From an uncultured Enterobacteriaceae bacterium (GTDB lineage Bacteria; Pseudomonadota; Gammaproteobacteria; Burkholderiales; SG8-39): DNA of 64,000 nucleotides. The translations under genes were made by a program, and so were the position numbers. The notes under the pieces are model-generated. The model saw only the letters and a program-made list of their open reading frames with translations, was not told where the DNA came from and searched no databases. The stretch is taken from contig CAYMVA010000032.1 of NCBI GenBank assembly GCA_964393745.1, positions 69,943 through 133,942 of the forward strand. Reading direction: 5' to 3'. Of the stretch, positions 30,642 to 40,003 are shown piece after piece; positions within the stretch are counted from its first letter, which is position 1; each line of letters begins with the position of its first letter.

Positions 30642-31799
30642 TCAACCGGGCGGGAGGAGCGACCACAGCGGCACCGCCTCGATGCCGCCCGGCAGGGTAA
30701 ACCGCCGGTCGCCGGGATAGACGACGTACAGCGCGTCGAGCCGCAAGTCTGAAATCGCGATACGCATGGAGTGCGTGACCTGTGGGGCGTCGGCCCGCTT
30801 AAACTCCACGCCAACCCGGCGCCGCCCCTTGAGCATCATGAGGTCCAACTCGGCGCCCTGGTGGGTCGCCCAGAAGTACGCCTCGTCAGGCCGCGCCAGG
30901 CGCAGCACCTGCTCCAGCGCGAAGCCCTCCCAGCTCGCGCCGCAGCGCGGATGCGCGAGCAGCGCCGGAAGCGTGCCCGTGTCCATCAGCGCATGCAGCA
31001 GCCCGCTGTCGCGGAAAAAGACCTTCGGCGCCTTGACCTGGCGTTTGCCGAGGTTCTCGTGCCAGGGCTGCAGCTGCCGCACCATGAGAGTTTGCGTGAG
31101 CGTGTCGAGATAGCGCCGCACCGTAGGCTCGGACACCCCGAGCGAGCGGGCCGGGTCGGCCGCCGACCACACCTGCCCGTGAACGTGAGCGACCATCCGC
31201 CAGAACCGCAGCATCGCCGGCGCCGCGACATTCACGCCGAACTGCGGCAGGTCGACTTCGACGTGGCTGGAGATCGCCTGCATGCGCCACGCGAAGCTGT
31301 CTTCGTCCGAGGCCGCGAGGTACGAGCGCGGAAATCCGCCGCGCACCCAGAGCCGCGTCTGCGCCGCGTCGCTCCAGCGGCGCGCGTCGCCGCAGGCTTC
31401 GCGCAGGTCGAATCCCGCCACCTCCACCGTCTCCACCCGCCCGAGCAGCGATTCGCCGGCCTGGCGCAGCAGCGCGGGCGAGGCGCTGCCGAGGAGCAGA
31501 TACTGCCCCGGTGAGTCGGAACGGTCGATCAGCACGCGCAGCACCGGAAACAGGCCCGGGCGGCGCTGCACTTCGTCGATCACCACCAGGCCCCGCAAGC
31601 GCGACAGCGTCTCGAGCGGCTGCTCCAGGCGCATCACGTGGAGCGGGTTCTCGAGATCGAAGTAGTTGGGCGAGCTGCGCTCGAGGAAGGCCTGCGCGAG
31701 GGTCGTCTTGCCGGACTGCCGAGGACCCGCGAGGACCACGGCGCGCGAGCGCGCGAGCGCGGTCCGGACGGCGGCGGCCAGGTCGGGGCGGGGCAGCAT
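30642..31799 (-). CDS. AAA-superfamily ATPase with a DUF4143-type C-terminus (COG1373-like)
   Basis: Walker A GPRQSGKTT and Walker B LVVIDEVQ. The product is 385 aa. The upstream flank is unusually AT-rich. Confidence 0.8.
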   Translation of the reverse strand: MLPRPDLAAAVRTALARSRAVVLAGPRQSGKTTLAQAFLERSSPNYFDLENPLHVMRLEQPLETLSRLRGLVVIDEVQRRPGLFPVLRVLIDRSDSPGQYLLLGSASPALLRQAGESLLGRVETVEVAGFDLREACGDARRWSDAAQTRLWVRGGFPRSYLAASDEDSFAWRMQAISSHVEVDLPQFGVNVAAPAMLRFWRMVAHVHGQVWSAADPARSLGVSEPTVRRYLDTLTQTLMVRQLQPWHENLGKRQVKAPKVFFRDSGLLHALMDTGTLPALLAHPRCGASWEGFALEQVLRLARPDEAYFWATHQGAELDLMMLKGRRRVGVEFKRADAPQVTHSMRIAISDLRLDALYVVYPGDRRFTLPGGIEAVPLWSLLPPG

Positions 31800-31886
31800 G
31801 CCGGAAGTCTAGCAAAATGATTCATGAAATAGGAATATATTGTGTTCCTTTTTCATGATTCAAATGCCGCCGCTGGCGGGATCGCT

Positions 31887-32444
31887 TCAGGGGCTTTTCC
31901 GATCCGAAGTGGGCGCGGACGGTGTCTGAGTTGCAGCGGCCGGAACAGGAGCGGCACCGCCCGGCGCGGCGGGTATGGGCTTGGCGGCCTGCGCTGCCGG
32001 GGTGAAGATGAACTTCCAGTCCGCGTACGTCTCGGCCTTGTCGAAGCCCTGTTGCGCGGGCTTGAATCCCGCGGCCTTGATGGGCTTCGCTTCCGAGCGG
32101 CTGTAGACGCCCATCACGCCGCCGTCGGGTGCCTTGACGATGCCCCACTCGTCGCTTCCCGTGAGCGGATCGGCATAGAGCCGCCGCAGGTAGCGCTCGG
32201 TGCCGGGCTTGCGTGGATCTTTAAGCAAGTCGCCGAGCGCGCGCGGATACTGGCGCGGGCCGCTCAGGTAATAACGCTCGATCGCCTTGCGGTAGTGACT
32301 GCCAACGTGCAGCAGCTCCGCTTCCTTTTCGCGCAGCGCAACCGTATGCCAGACCTCGCCGGTGAGCGCGAGCCCCAGGCCCATGATCGCGACCACGAAA
32401 AGGATCGTGAGATAGGTGAAGCCGGCAACGCGCCTCACTACCAT
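31887..32444 (-). CDS. Prepilin-type N-terminal domain protein (atypical pseudopilin with a Pro/Ala-rich tail)
   Basis: Leader and hydrophobic segment VAGFTYLTILFVVAIMGLGLALTGE. It is the last gene of the T2SS-like operon. Confidence 0.6.
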   Translation of the reverse strand: MVVRRVAGFTYLTILFVVAIMGLGLALTGEVWHTVALREKEAELLHVGSHYRKAIERYYLSGPRQYPRALGDLLKDPRKPGTERYLRRLYADPLTGSDEWGIVKAPDGGVMGVYSRSEAKPIKAAGFKPAQQGFDKAETYADWKFIFTPAAQAAKPIPAAPGGAAPVPAAATQTPSAPTSDRKSP

Positions 32445-32812
32445 TCCCCGTAGGCGGTGCCGTCGCTCGCTTTGCCCTGGGCACCGCTTTTGACGTCGAA
32501 CACTCCGCTTTTCTGCGGATCCTCGGGCGGCACCGCTACCCAGGTGGTGGCGCTTTCGGTGATCGGATCCACCGGCACCTTGCGCAGGTACTTTTCGCCG
32601 GCGAGCGCCTCGATGGATTCCGCGTACTTGCCCTTGTCGGCGTAGTACTTGCCGATGGCGTCGCGCATCTGGTAGAGGTTCTCCTTAAGCACCGCCTCCT
32701 TCGCCCGGTCGTGGCTGCCGAAGTAGCGCGGCACGGCGAGCAGCAAAAGCGTCGCGACGATCGCGAGGACCACCAGCAGCTCGATCAGCGTGAAGCCCGC
32801 GCGGCGCCTCAT
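32438..32812 (-). CDS. GspG-like pseudopilin
   Basis: MRRRAGFTLIELLVVLAIVATLL prepilin motif. 124 aa, ending YGEW. Confidence 0.75.
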   Translation of the reverse strand: MRRRAGFTLIELLVVLAIVATLLLLAVPRYFGSHDRAKEAVLKENLYQMRDAIGKYYADKGKYAESIEALAGEKYLRKVPVDPITESATTWVAVPPEDPQKSGVFDVKSGAQGKASDGTAYGEW

Positions 32813-32830
32813 TTTCCCCTCAATTTCCTC

Positions 32831-33325
32831 TCACCACTCCCGGTAAGGCCGGCCATTGATGCCCTTGGCCGCCGCGAGCGAGTAGACGTCGAACACGTCG
32901 TCGCCTTCCTTGGGCTCGTCGGGCGGGCTGGCGTAGCTGCGCTTGCCCCAGGTGGCCGCGGCCGCTAGCTCCGCGTCGGTGGAAAATGGATCGCGCGGCA
33001 TGCGGCGCAGGAAATAGATCCGTTCCTTGCGCGCGGTCTTCTGGTCCTCGACGCCTTCGACCAGGTCCTCGAGCCGCTTGGGGTATCCCGACTCTCCGAC
33101 CCGCTTCAGGATGCGGCCGTCGTCCGAAGCCTGCTTGTAGCCGTCGATCGCCTCGCGTATGTCGCGCAACGCGCGGCGCAGGTCCTGTTCTTTCGCGCGC
33201 TGCACCACGAGCTCGTTGAGCGGCACCGCCACGGTGGCGAGCAGCGCGACGATCGCCACCGTGATGAGAAGCTCGATGAGCGTGAAGCCGCCGGCGCGGC
33301 TCGCCCGCGCTGCACGCCGGATCAT
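32831..33325 (-). CDS. GspG-like pseudopilin
   Basis: RAGGFTLIELLITVAIVALLA prepilin motif. 164 aa, ending YREW. Confidence 0.75.
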   Translation of the reverse strand: MIRRAARASRAGGFTLIELLITVAIVALLATVAVPLNELVVQRAKEQDLRRALRDIREAIDGYKQASDDGRILKRVGESGYPKRLEDLVEGVEDQKTARKERIYFLRRMPRDPFSTDAELAAAATWGKRSYASPPDEPKEGDDVFDVYSLAAAKGINGRPYREW

Positions 33326-35232
33326 TGCGATGGCGCGGCGGGCTTCACGCCACCGAACGGGACCATGTCCGATCCGGAGGGAGCAGGCGGCGGCGCCGGT
33401 TTCGGCTGCGCCGGCTGCTGCGCTGGCGGCTTCGTGACCGGCGGGCCGAGTACAACCCCTGCCGGTGCCGCGCCGGCGGACGCTTCAGTGCCGGCGGAGA
33501 ATTCGACCGAGCGCACGTCCGGCCGCGCCAGCGTGCGCACCAGCCGCGGCGTGATGAGAAGCACGATCTGGGTCTTGATCGCCTCGTCGCGCGTCGAGGA
33601 GAAAAGCCGCCCCACCACTGGAAAGTCGCCGACGCCCGGCACGCGGTTCGCGGTGCGGCGATCCTCGTCGCTGATCAGCCCGGCAAGAATCTGGGTCTCC
33701 CCGTCGTGCAGCCGTAGCGAGGTGGCGGCGTTGCGAGTGCCGATCTGATAGACGAGGGTACCGGAGCTGATGCTGCGCACCTCCTTCACGATATTGCTCA
33801 CTTCCAGCGAAACCTTGATGCCGATCTCGTCCTCCAGGTAGATGAGCGGCTCGACTTCGAGCTTGAGGCCGATGTCGAGATAGCTCACATTTTCGGAGAC
33901 GAAACCCCCGGTGGCCGCGGCCGTGGTGGTGATCACCGGCACGCGCTCGCCGATGTGGATCTTGGCTTTTTCCTTGTTCTTGACGCGGATCCTGGGATTG
34001 GCGAGCACGCTGGTGGTGCCGTCCTGCTGGCGCAGGTTGAGCAGGAAAAGCGGGTTTGGAAAAATCAGGCGAACCAGCTGCGAACTGCGGTTGAGCCATT
34101 CGGGAAGCGTCACCACGCCCGGAATGCCGGCGGCACCGACCAGGCTCCAGGCCACCGAATCCGGATACTTCAGCCCCAGCTCGAGCAGCCGGTTCGAGCC
34201 CACCTCCAGCACCTCGACTTCGAGCACCACTTCGGGCTCGGCGAGGTCCTGCGCCGCGATCAGCCGCTCGGCCAGGCGCACCGCATCCGGCGTGTCCTTG
34301 ATCACCAGCAGGTTGATCTTCTCGTCTATGAAAATGTCGCGCGTCTTGACCACCGTGCGGATCATGGTGGCGGTCTGCTTGACGTCGGCATTGGCGAGAT
34401 AGAAGCTCTTCACCACCAGCTCCTGGTACTCGCGCAGCTTCGCCGGGGTGTTCGGGAACACGATCACCGTGTTGTCGTTGAGGATCTTCTGCTGCAACTG
34501 ATTAGGAAGCAGGAGCAGCCGAACCGCCTCCTCGAAGGTGGTGTCGCGCACCGCGACACTGGTCCTCTGGTCGGCGCGGACATCCTTGTCGAAGACGAAA
34601 TTGACGCCGTAGGCGCGCGACAGCACGTCGAATGCGGCGCGCAGGGTGACGTCGCGCAGCTCGAGCGAAATCGGCTGGCTCGATGAAGGCTTGAGCCGCA
34701 CGCTGGCGAGCGCCGGCCGGATGAGCTTCTCGTCGATGCGGCGCTGCAACCGCCGCGCCTCGCGCTGCGCCGGGTTCTCGGCCAGCACCGGGCGCAGCGC
34801 GTCCTGCGCCTCGCGGTACTTCTCGGCAGCGAACAGCTTCTCCGCGTCGGCGACCAGCGTTCGATGGCGCTTGTCGGCCTCGATCTGCGCCAGTCCGGCA
34901 CGGGCACGGGGATTCACGCCGTCGTACTTGAGCACGCGCTGGTACAGCATCGCAGCGGCTTCGAATTGTCCCGCCAGGCGCATGGTCTCTGCCTGGCTCA
35001 GCCACTGCGCCATCAGCAGATCGCGCTGGCGGAAATACTCAATGCGCAGCGCGTTGCTGCCCGGATCGTCCTTGGATGCCTTGTCGAGCATCGCCAGCGC
35101 TTCCTCGCCGCGGCCCTGCTCAATTTGCTGGCGCGCGTCGTTGATCACGGAATAGGTGGTGCAAGCCGCAAGCAGCAAGCAAGCGGCGAGCAGCGCAAGC
35201 AGGGAATTGGGAGATGGGCGGTGGGGTTTCAT
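33322..35232 (-). CDS. Secretin (GspD/PilQ family) lipoprotein with a TPR-like N-terminal extension
   Basis: Lipobox LLLAAC, then about 190 aa of helical TPR-like repeats, then N-domains and a secretin core (VPGVGDFPVVGRLFS). The ATG at 35232 has an aaggtga RBS. An alternative start lies at 35253. Confidence 0.88.
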   Translation of the reverse strand: MKPHRPSPNSLLALLAACLLLAACTTYSVINDARQQIEQGRGEEALAMLDKASKDDPGSNALRIEYFRQRDLLMAQWLSQAETMRLAGQFEAAAMLYQRVLKYDGVNPRARAGLAQIEADKRHRTLVADAEKLFAAEKYREAQDALRPVLAENPAQREARRLQRRIDEKLIRPALASVRLKPSSSQPISLELRDVTLRAAFDVLSRAYGVNFVFDKDVRADQRTSVAVRDTTFEEAVRLLLLPNQLQQKILNDNTVIVFPNTPAKLREYQELVVKSFYLANADVKQTATMIRTVVKTRDIFIDEKINLLVIKDTPDAVRLAERLIAAQDLAEPEVVLEVEVLEVGSNRLLELGLKYPDSVAWSLVGAAGIPGVVTLPEWLNRSSQLVRLIFPNPLFLLNLRQQDGTTSVLANPRIRVKNKEKAKIHIGERVPVITTTAAATGGFVSENVSYLDIGLKLEVEPLIYLEDEIGIKVSLEVSNIVKEVRSISSGTLVYQIGTRNAATSLRLHDGETQILAGLISDEDRRTANRVPGVGDFPVVGRLFSSTRDEAIKTQIVLLITPRLVRTLARPDVRSVEFSAGTEASAGAAPAGVVLGPPVTKPPAQQPAQPKPAPPPAPSGSDMVPFGGVKPAAPSQ

Positions 35233-35236
35233 GGGT

Positions 35237-35776
35237 TCACCTTGTCTCGGCATCGTCGCCCGGCCGGAAATGCAGCGTCAGGCGCAACTGCGCGTCGAGC
35301 TGCTGGTCTGCGATTTTCTTGCGCTCGAAGCGTAGCGCGTCCACCGACGCAACCGGCATGTTCTTCAGCACTGCGTCGAGGAACGAGCGGATCTGGGCAT
35401 AGCTGCCTCGCACTGGCAGCGTGATGCGGTAGGCGATGGGACCCGCGTTGCGCTTCTCCAGGCGGTACTCGCCCTGCATGAGCTCCAGCTTGGATGCGCG
35501 CGCGATCGCGTAGACGCTCTCCAGCTCGTCGGTCAGGCGCTCGATCGGCGGCAGCAGGCCGTAGAAGCGCCGCAAGTCGTCGGCGCGGTCGTCGACCGCC
35601 ACGGGGCGGAACGGCCCGCGGCTGCGCAGCCGCTCGGCAGCTTCGCGCTGCGCGGAAAGCTCCTGCTGCGCCGGGCGCAAGGCGGTGAAATAGAACTGCA
35701 GGCAAAAGAACAGCACCCCAAGGCCAAGCACACCGGCGGTGCCCAGTTTGCCGAGCATCGCCTGAAGGGGGTTCAC
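35237..35776 (-). CDS. Single-pass membrane protein, GspM (subtype b)/PilO-like
   Basis: GTG at 35776 overlaps the upstream stop (GTGA). There is an N-terminal TM helix (GVLGLGVLFFCLQFYF) followed by a periplasmic domain. The call rests on position and topology. Confidence 0.5.
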   Translation of the reverse strand: MNPLQAMLGKLGTAGVLGLGVLFFCLQFYFTALRPAQQELSAQREAAERLRSRGPFRPVAVDDRADDLRRFYGLLPPIERLTDELESVYAIARASKLELMQGEYRLEKRNAGPIAYRITLPVRGSYAQIRSFLDAVLKNMPVASVDALRFERKKIADQQLDAQLRLTLHFRPGDDAETR

Positions 35777-36294
35777 GGCGCCCCCTTCAGCTGCGCCTGC
35801 ACCGTGAACTGGATCGGGCGGTTCGGGTCTTCCATCTGTACCTGGTGGCTCACCACGTGCACATCGGCAAGGGTTTCTGCCGCGCCCAGCCGGCGCAGGT
35901 AATCGAGCATTGCCTGCTGCGTGCGCGCCTCGGCGCCGAGCCGCAGCTGCCGCTGTGGGGCGTCCGGCTGCAGCTGCAGGATGGCGACATCGCTGGTGGT
36001 TGCGCCCTCGACCGTCTCGATGATGGTGCCCCAGGGCAGGGCGAGCTGGCGCAATACCGCCTCTACGCTTTTTGCCTCCTCTTCCAGCCGGCGCGGCGTA
36101 GCTTGCGCCGCCTGCCTGCCCGGACCGAGCAATCGCTGCCCGGCCTCGATCCGGTCCAGCTCGAGCTTCGCTTCGCGATAACGCTCGATGAGCAATCCCG
36201 CCGCTGCGATGGAAATGGCGAGCACCACCAGGCCCAGCGCCCGCGGCCCGCGTGGCACGGCGATGTAATCGAGCTCGAGGCGCCGCAGCGTCAT
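35773..36294 (-). CDS. Single-pass membrane protein, PilN/GspL-periplasmic-domain-like
   Basis: Short cytoplasmic N-terminus, TM helix ALGLVVLAISIAAAGLLI, coiled segment and a periplasmic domain. ATGA overlap with the upstream gene. Confidence 0.45.
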   Translation of the reverse strand: MTLRRLELDYIAVPRGPRALGLVVLAISIAAAGLLIERYREAKLELDRIEAGQRLLGPGRQAAQATPRRLEEEAKSVEAVLRQLALPWGTIIETVEGATTSDVAILQLQPDAPQRQLRLGAEARTQQAMLDYLRRLGAAETLADVHVVSHQVQMEDPNRPIQFTVQAQLKGAP

Positions 36295-37124
36295 TGGGCG
36301 GTGAGGGCCATTGCGTAGCGCGCATCCTCGAGCGGCGCGAACCCGGCCAGGGGCGGCAGCGTGAGGCCGAGCAGCTTCCAGCCGTGTGCCTCGGTGGAGT
36401 CAGCTTTAGACGCGGCCGGCGCGTGAACATGCGCGCTATGCGGGGCGGGCTCGGTGCCGGCGCGCAGCTGCTGCCGATCGAGCAGCGCGGCCCAGTCCTC
36501 GGCGCCGGGATACTCGCCGCGCAAGGTCTGCACCGACGCCCATTGCTGCGCAGCGACCAGCGCCAGGCACACCCGTTGCGGCTCTACCAGCAGCAGCCAG
36601 CCATCTTCCTTCGCCATTGCGCTGCGCCACTGGTTGAACGCCGACATCAGGTACGGCTGCACCGAAACCAGCCGCGCCTTGCCCGCCCGCGGAAAGCACG
36701 CGCCGATCGCCGGGATGAGCGCCGCATCCACTGCGCTTGCCAGGCGGGGCGCGCCGCGCGCTCCCTCGCCCAGGCGAACGTCCCAGCCCTTGGCGCGCTC
36801 GCCGTAGATGCGCGCGAAGTGGAAGCGCGCCAGCGCAAGCTGTTCCTCCCGGCCGGTGAGCGCGGCGTCCGAGTTCACGATCGCGTAGCGCACGAAATGG
36901 TTGGAGAGCACGACCGTGGCGTCCAGGCGCTCGCCGCGCAGTGGCCCGGCGGCTTCGGCCAGCGCCGCAACCGCGCCTTGCCACGGCTCGGCACCGAACG
37001 CGGGATCGCAATCGACCGCATGCTTGGCGATGACGCGGGGACGCAGGCCGCCCGCGATGCGCAGCAGCGCGACCGCGCCGGGCGCGAGCGACACCAGCAG
37101 GCGGTCACGCCACAAACGTGACAC
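36291..37124 (-). CDS. Hypothetical cytoplasmic protein, possibly the GspL/PilM-like ATPase-docking component
   Basis: 277 aa with no TM helix, sitting between the GspE gene and the PilN-like gene. GTG start overlapping the gspE end. The assignment rests on position only. Confidence 0.4.
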   Translation of the reverse strand: MSRLWRDRLLVSLAPGAVALLRIAGGLRPRVIAKHAVDCDPAFGAEPWQGAVAALAEAAGPLRGERLDATVVLSNHFVRYAIVNSDAALTGREEQLALARFHFARIYGERAKGWDVRLGEGARGAPRLASAVDAALIPAIGACFPRAGKARLVSVQPYLMSAFNQWRSAMAKEDGWLLLVEPQRVCLALVAAQQWASVQTLRGEYPGAEDWAALLDRQQLRAGTEPAPHSAHVHAPAASKADSTEAHGWKLLGLTLPPLAGFAPLEDARYAMALTAQ

Positions 37125-38799
37125 GGTTGATCTCCGCCAGCGTGGTTTCGCCTTTTCTCACCGCCTCGAACGCCGCCTCGCGCAAGAAGCGCGTGCCGTT
37201 GGCGTGCGCCGCCAGCTTGATCTGGCGAACCGGCGCTCGCTGGGCGATCAACTCGCGGATGTCGTCATTGAGGATCAGCAGCTCGGCGATCGCCTTGCGC
37301 CCCTTGAAGCCTGCGCCGCGGCATTCGCGGCAGCCGCGGCCGGCGCGGAAGCGGAAACCGCTTGCCGCCGCAGCGTCCAGTCCCGACTCGCGCAACAGCG
37401 CCGCGTCGGGCTTGTCGTCTTCGGCGCAGTGCGGGCAGACCAGCCGCACCAGGCGCTGCGCCAGGATCGCGTTCAACGCCGATACGAAGCTGTACAGGTC
37501 CACATTCATGTGCATGAAGCGGCCGATGACATCGAACACGTTGTTGGCGTGCACCGTGGTGAAGACCAGGTGACCGGTGAGCGCCGACTGCACCGCGATG
37601 TTCGCAGTCTCCGCGTCGCGGATCTCGCCGACCATGATCTTGTCCGGGTCGTGGCGCAGGATCGAACGCAGGCCGCGCGCGAAGGTGAGGCCCTTTTTCT
37701 CGTTCACCGGGATCTGCAGCACCCCGGGGAGCTGGTACTCGACCGGGTCCTCGATGGTGACGATCTTGTCCTGGCCGTTATTGATCTCGGTGATCGCCGC
37801 GTAAAGCGTGGTGGTCTTGCCGCTGCCGGTCGGGCCGGTGACCAACAGCATGCCGTAGGGCTCATGCGACAGGCGCCGCAGCACGCGCACCTCGTCCGCG
37901 GAGAAACCGAGGCTGTCGAGCGAGAGCTGCTGCTTGGTCGCCTCGTAGAGAGATTGCTTGTCGAGCACGCGCAGCACCGCGTCCTCGCCATGGATGCTCG
38001 GCATGATCGAGACGCGGAAGTCCACCGCGCGGCCGTGGTCTATGGCCTTGAAACGCCCGTCCTGCGGCACGCGCCGCTCGGTGACATCGAGCTCGGCCAG
38101 CACCTTGACGCGCGCGATCGCCTGCTCCGCCTGCTGCGTGTCCTGGATCTGCTTGATCTGCGACAGGATGCCGTCGATGCGGAACTTGATGGTGAGCCCG
38201 GCAGCGACGGTCTCGAGATGGATGTCGCTGGCGCCTATCTTGAGCGCATCGCGCAGTGTCGAGCGCACCAGGCGCACCACTTCGCTCGTCTCCTCGCTGA
38301 TCGCCTTGAGCGAGAGGTCTTCGGCCCGGTCATGCTCCTGGCCTGCTCCGGCGACTTCGGCCTGGACGGTGTCCAGCGCGCGCAGCGTCTCCTCGTGGCC
38401 GGCGAGGAAAGCGACCAGGTCGCCCCGGTGCACCAGGCGCCAGGCGAACGGCGCCGTGAGCCGCTCTTCTGCCCATGCCGCGAGCTCGGCCGAGAACGGA
38501 TCGTCGGTGGCGAGCAGAAGCTCGCCGCCCTGGGCGCGCAGCAAGGCGCAGCTACGCTGCGCGCACTCGTTGAACGGCAGCACGTCGAATGCCGGCGCGG
38601 CGCGCCGCAATTCATCCATGCTCATCACTTCCACGCGCACCGTCGCGCCAAGTCGTTCGGTGAATGCATCCGGCTCGAGCGCCAGCTTTTCCTCTAGCAC
38701 GTCCACCAGGCGGCGCCGGCCGGCGGCGGCGGCGGCGCGCGCCGCAGCCGTCACCTCGCCCGGAATCGGCTGCGGACTCTGCGTGCCCGGCGCGTTCAC
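37105..38799 (-). CDS. gspE: Type II secretion / type IV pilus assembly ATPase (GspE/PilB family)
   Basis: Walker A GPTGSGKTTT, Asp box, Walker B IMVGEIRD, His box TGHLVFTTVHANN and a tetracysteine CPHC...CREC. Confidence 0.93.
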   Translation of the reverse strand: MNAPGTQSPQPIPGEVTAAARAAAAAGRRRLVDVLEEKLALEPDAFTERLGATVRVEVMSMDELRRAAPAFDVLPFNECAQRSCALLRAQGGELLLATDDPFSAELAAWAEERLTAPFAWRLVHRGDLVAFLAGHEETLRALDTVQAEVAGAGQEHDRAEDLSLKAISEETSEVVRLVRSTLRDALKIGASDIHLETVAAGLTIKFRIDGILSQIKQIQDTQQAEQAIARVKVLAELDVTERRVPQDGRFKAIDHGRAVDFRVSIMPSIHGEDAVLRVLDKQSLYEATKQQLSLDSLGFSADEVRVLRRLSHEPYGMLLVTGPTGSGKTTTLYAAITEINNGQDKIVTIEDPVEYQLPGVLQIPVNEKKGLTFARGLRSILRHDPDKIMVGEIRDAETANIAVQSALTGHLVFTTVHANNVFDVIGRFMHMNVDLYSFVSALNAILAQRLVRLVCPHCAEDDKPDAALLRESGLDAAAASGFRFRAGRGCRECRGAGFKGRKAIAELLILNDDIRELIAQRAPVRQIKLAAHANGTRFLREAAFEAVRKGETTLAEINRVTFVA

Positions 38800-39983
38800 C
38801 GCAAACTCCCTGCGAGTTCGAAGATCGGCATGTACATGAGGATCACGATGGCGCCGATCACCAGCCCGATCACCGCCATCAGGATGGGCTCGAACAGGCG
38901 CGTGAACCAGTCCACCCAGCGCGAGATCTCTTCGTCATGGAACGCGGCGATGCGGTCCATCATCTCTCCCATGTTGCCGCTCTGCTCGCCCACCGCGAGC
39001 ATGCGCAGGGCGACCGGCGTGGTGAGTCCGTTGGCTTCCATCGAGGCGGAGACCTGCCGCCCTTCGCTGATCGCGCGGCGTGCAGCCGCCAGGCGTTCGC
39101 GCAGCGCCGGGTGCAGCAGCTCCCCGCCCATGTCGAGCGCCGCGACGAGCGGCATGCCCCCGCGCAGCAGCATGCCGATGGTGCGGTAGAAGCGCGCCAG
39201 CTGATACACCTTCATGCGCTCGCCGATCCCCGGGAAGCGCCACAGTGCGTCCGAGACCTTGGCGCGAACGGGGCCCGCGCGCAAGGCGTAAATCGCGCCG
39301 ATCACCAATGCGCCGAGTATGCCGAGCACGAGCGCGCCATTGCCTTCGACCAACTGCCCCCATGACAGCAGCGCCCGCGAGAACAGCGGCAGGTCGGAGG
39401 CGCGCTCCTCGTAGATGCGGCTGAAACGCGGCACCACGTAGAACATGAGGAACAAGCTCACCAGGCCGCCGACGCCGAGCAGCAGCAGCGGATAGATCGA
39501 GGCGTTCTGCAGGCGCTTGCGCAGCGCTTCGAGCTGGCTCTGGTAGGCGACATAGCGCCCGAGTGCCGGGCCGAGGTCGCTGGTGCGCTCGGCGGCGCGC
39601 ACCGTCGCGACGTAGAGCGGAGAAAACACCTGCGGCAACTGCCCGAGCGCGGCGGAGAAAAGCTGCCCCTGGCGCAGCGTGCCGGCAATGCGCCCGAGCG
39701 CGGCCCGAAAATCGTCTCGCCGTTCGGTCTCGCCGAGGGTCTCGACCGCGTCCACCAGCGGCAGCCCGGCGCCGAGCAACACCAGCAGTTGCTGCGAGAA
39801 AAGCACCACCGGAAAGCGCTCGCCGGAGCGCCAAGCCTGGAGCCAACCCGACTTGCGGCGCACCGCGAGCACGGTGTAGCCGCGGATTTCGGCTTGCTGC
39901 CGGGCGCCCGCCTCGTCGAGCGCCTGGAAGTCGAGCGACTCGATGTGGCCGTCCTGGGCGACTGCTTTGAGTTGGTAGCGCAT
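38796..39983 (-). CDS. gspF: Type II secretion inner-membrane platform protein (GspF/PilC family)
   Basis: 395 aa from the ATG at 39983. It has duplicated GspF domains and three TM segments. The part of ORF 38796..40532 upstream of 39983 overlaps gspG and is discarded. Confidence 0.9.
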   Translation of the reverse strand: MRYQLKAVAQDGHIESLDFQALDEAGARQQAEIRGYTVLAVRRKSGWLQAWRSGERFPVVLFSQQLLVLLGAGLPLVDAVETLGETERRDDFRAALGRIAGTLRQGQLFSAALGQLPQVFSPLYVATVRAAERTSDLGPALGRYVAYQSQLEALRKRLQNASIYPLLLLGVGGLVSLFLMFYVVPRFSRIYEERASDLPLFSRALLSWGQLVEGNGALVLGILGALVIGAIYALRAGPVRAKVSDALWRFPGIGERMKVYQLARFYRTIGMLLRGGMPLVAALDMGGELLHPALRERLAAARRAISEGRQVSASMEANGLTTPVALRMLAVGEQSGNMGEMMDRIAAFHDEEISRWVDWFTRLFEPILMAVIGLVIGAIVILMYMPIFELAGSLR

Positions 39984-40003
39984 TGGCTTGGCCGAGGGTG
40001 CGC

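Noticed and set aside
35229-35705. Several overlapping alternative-frame ORFs inside the secretion operon, for example 35229..35705, 36436..37011 and 38935..39846.
   Set aside because: They are Arg/Pro/Ala-rich shadows of the assigned genes. They show no start context and no coupling pattern.
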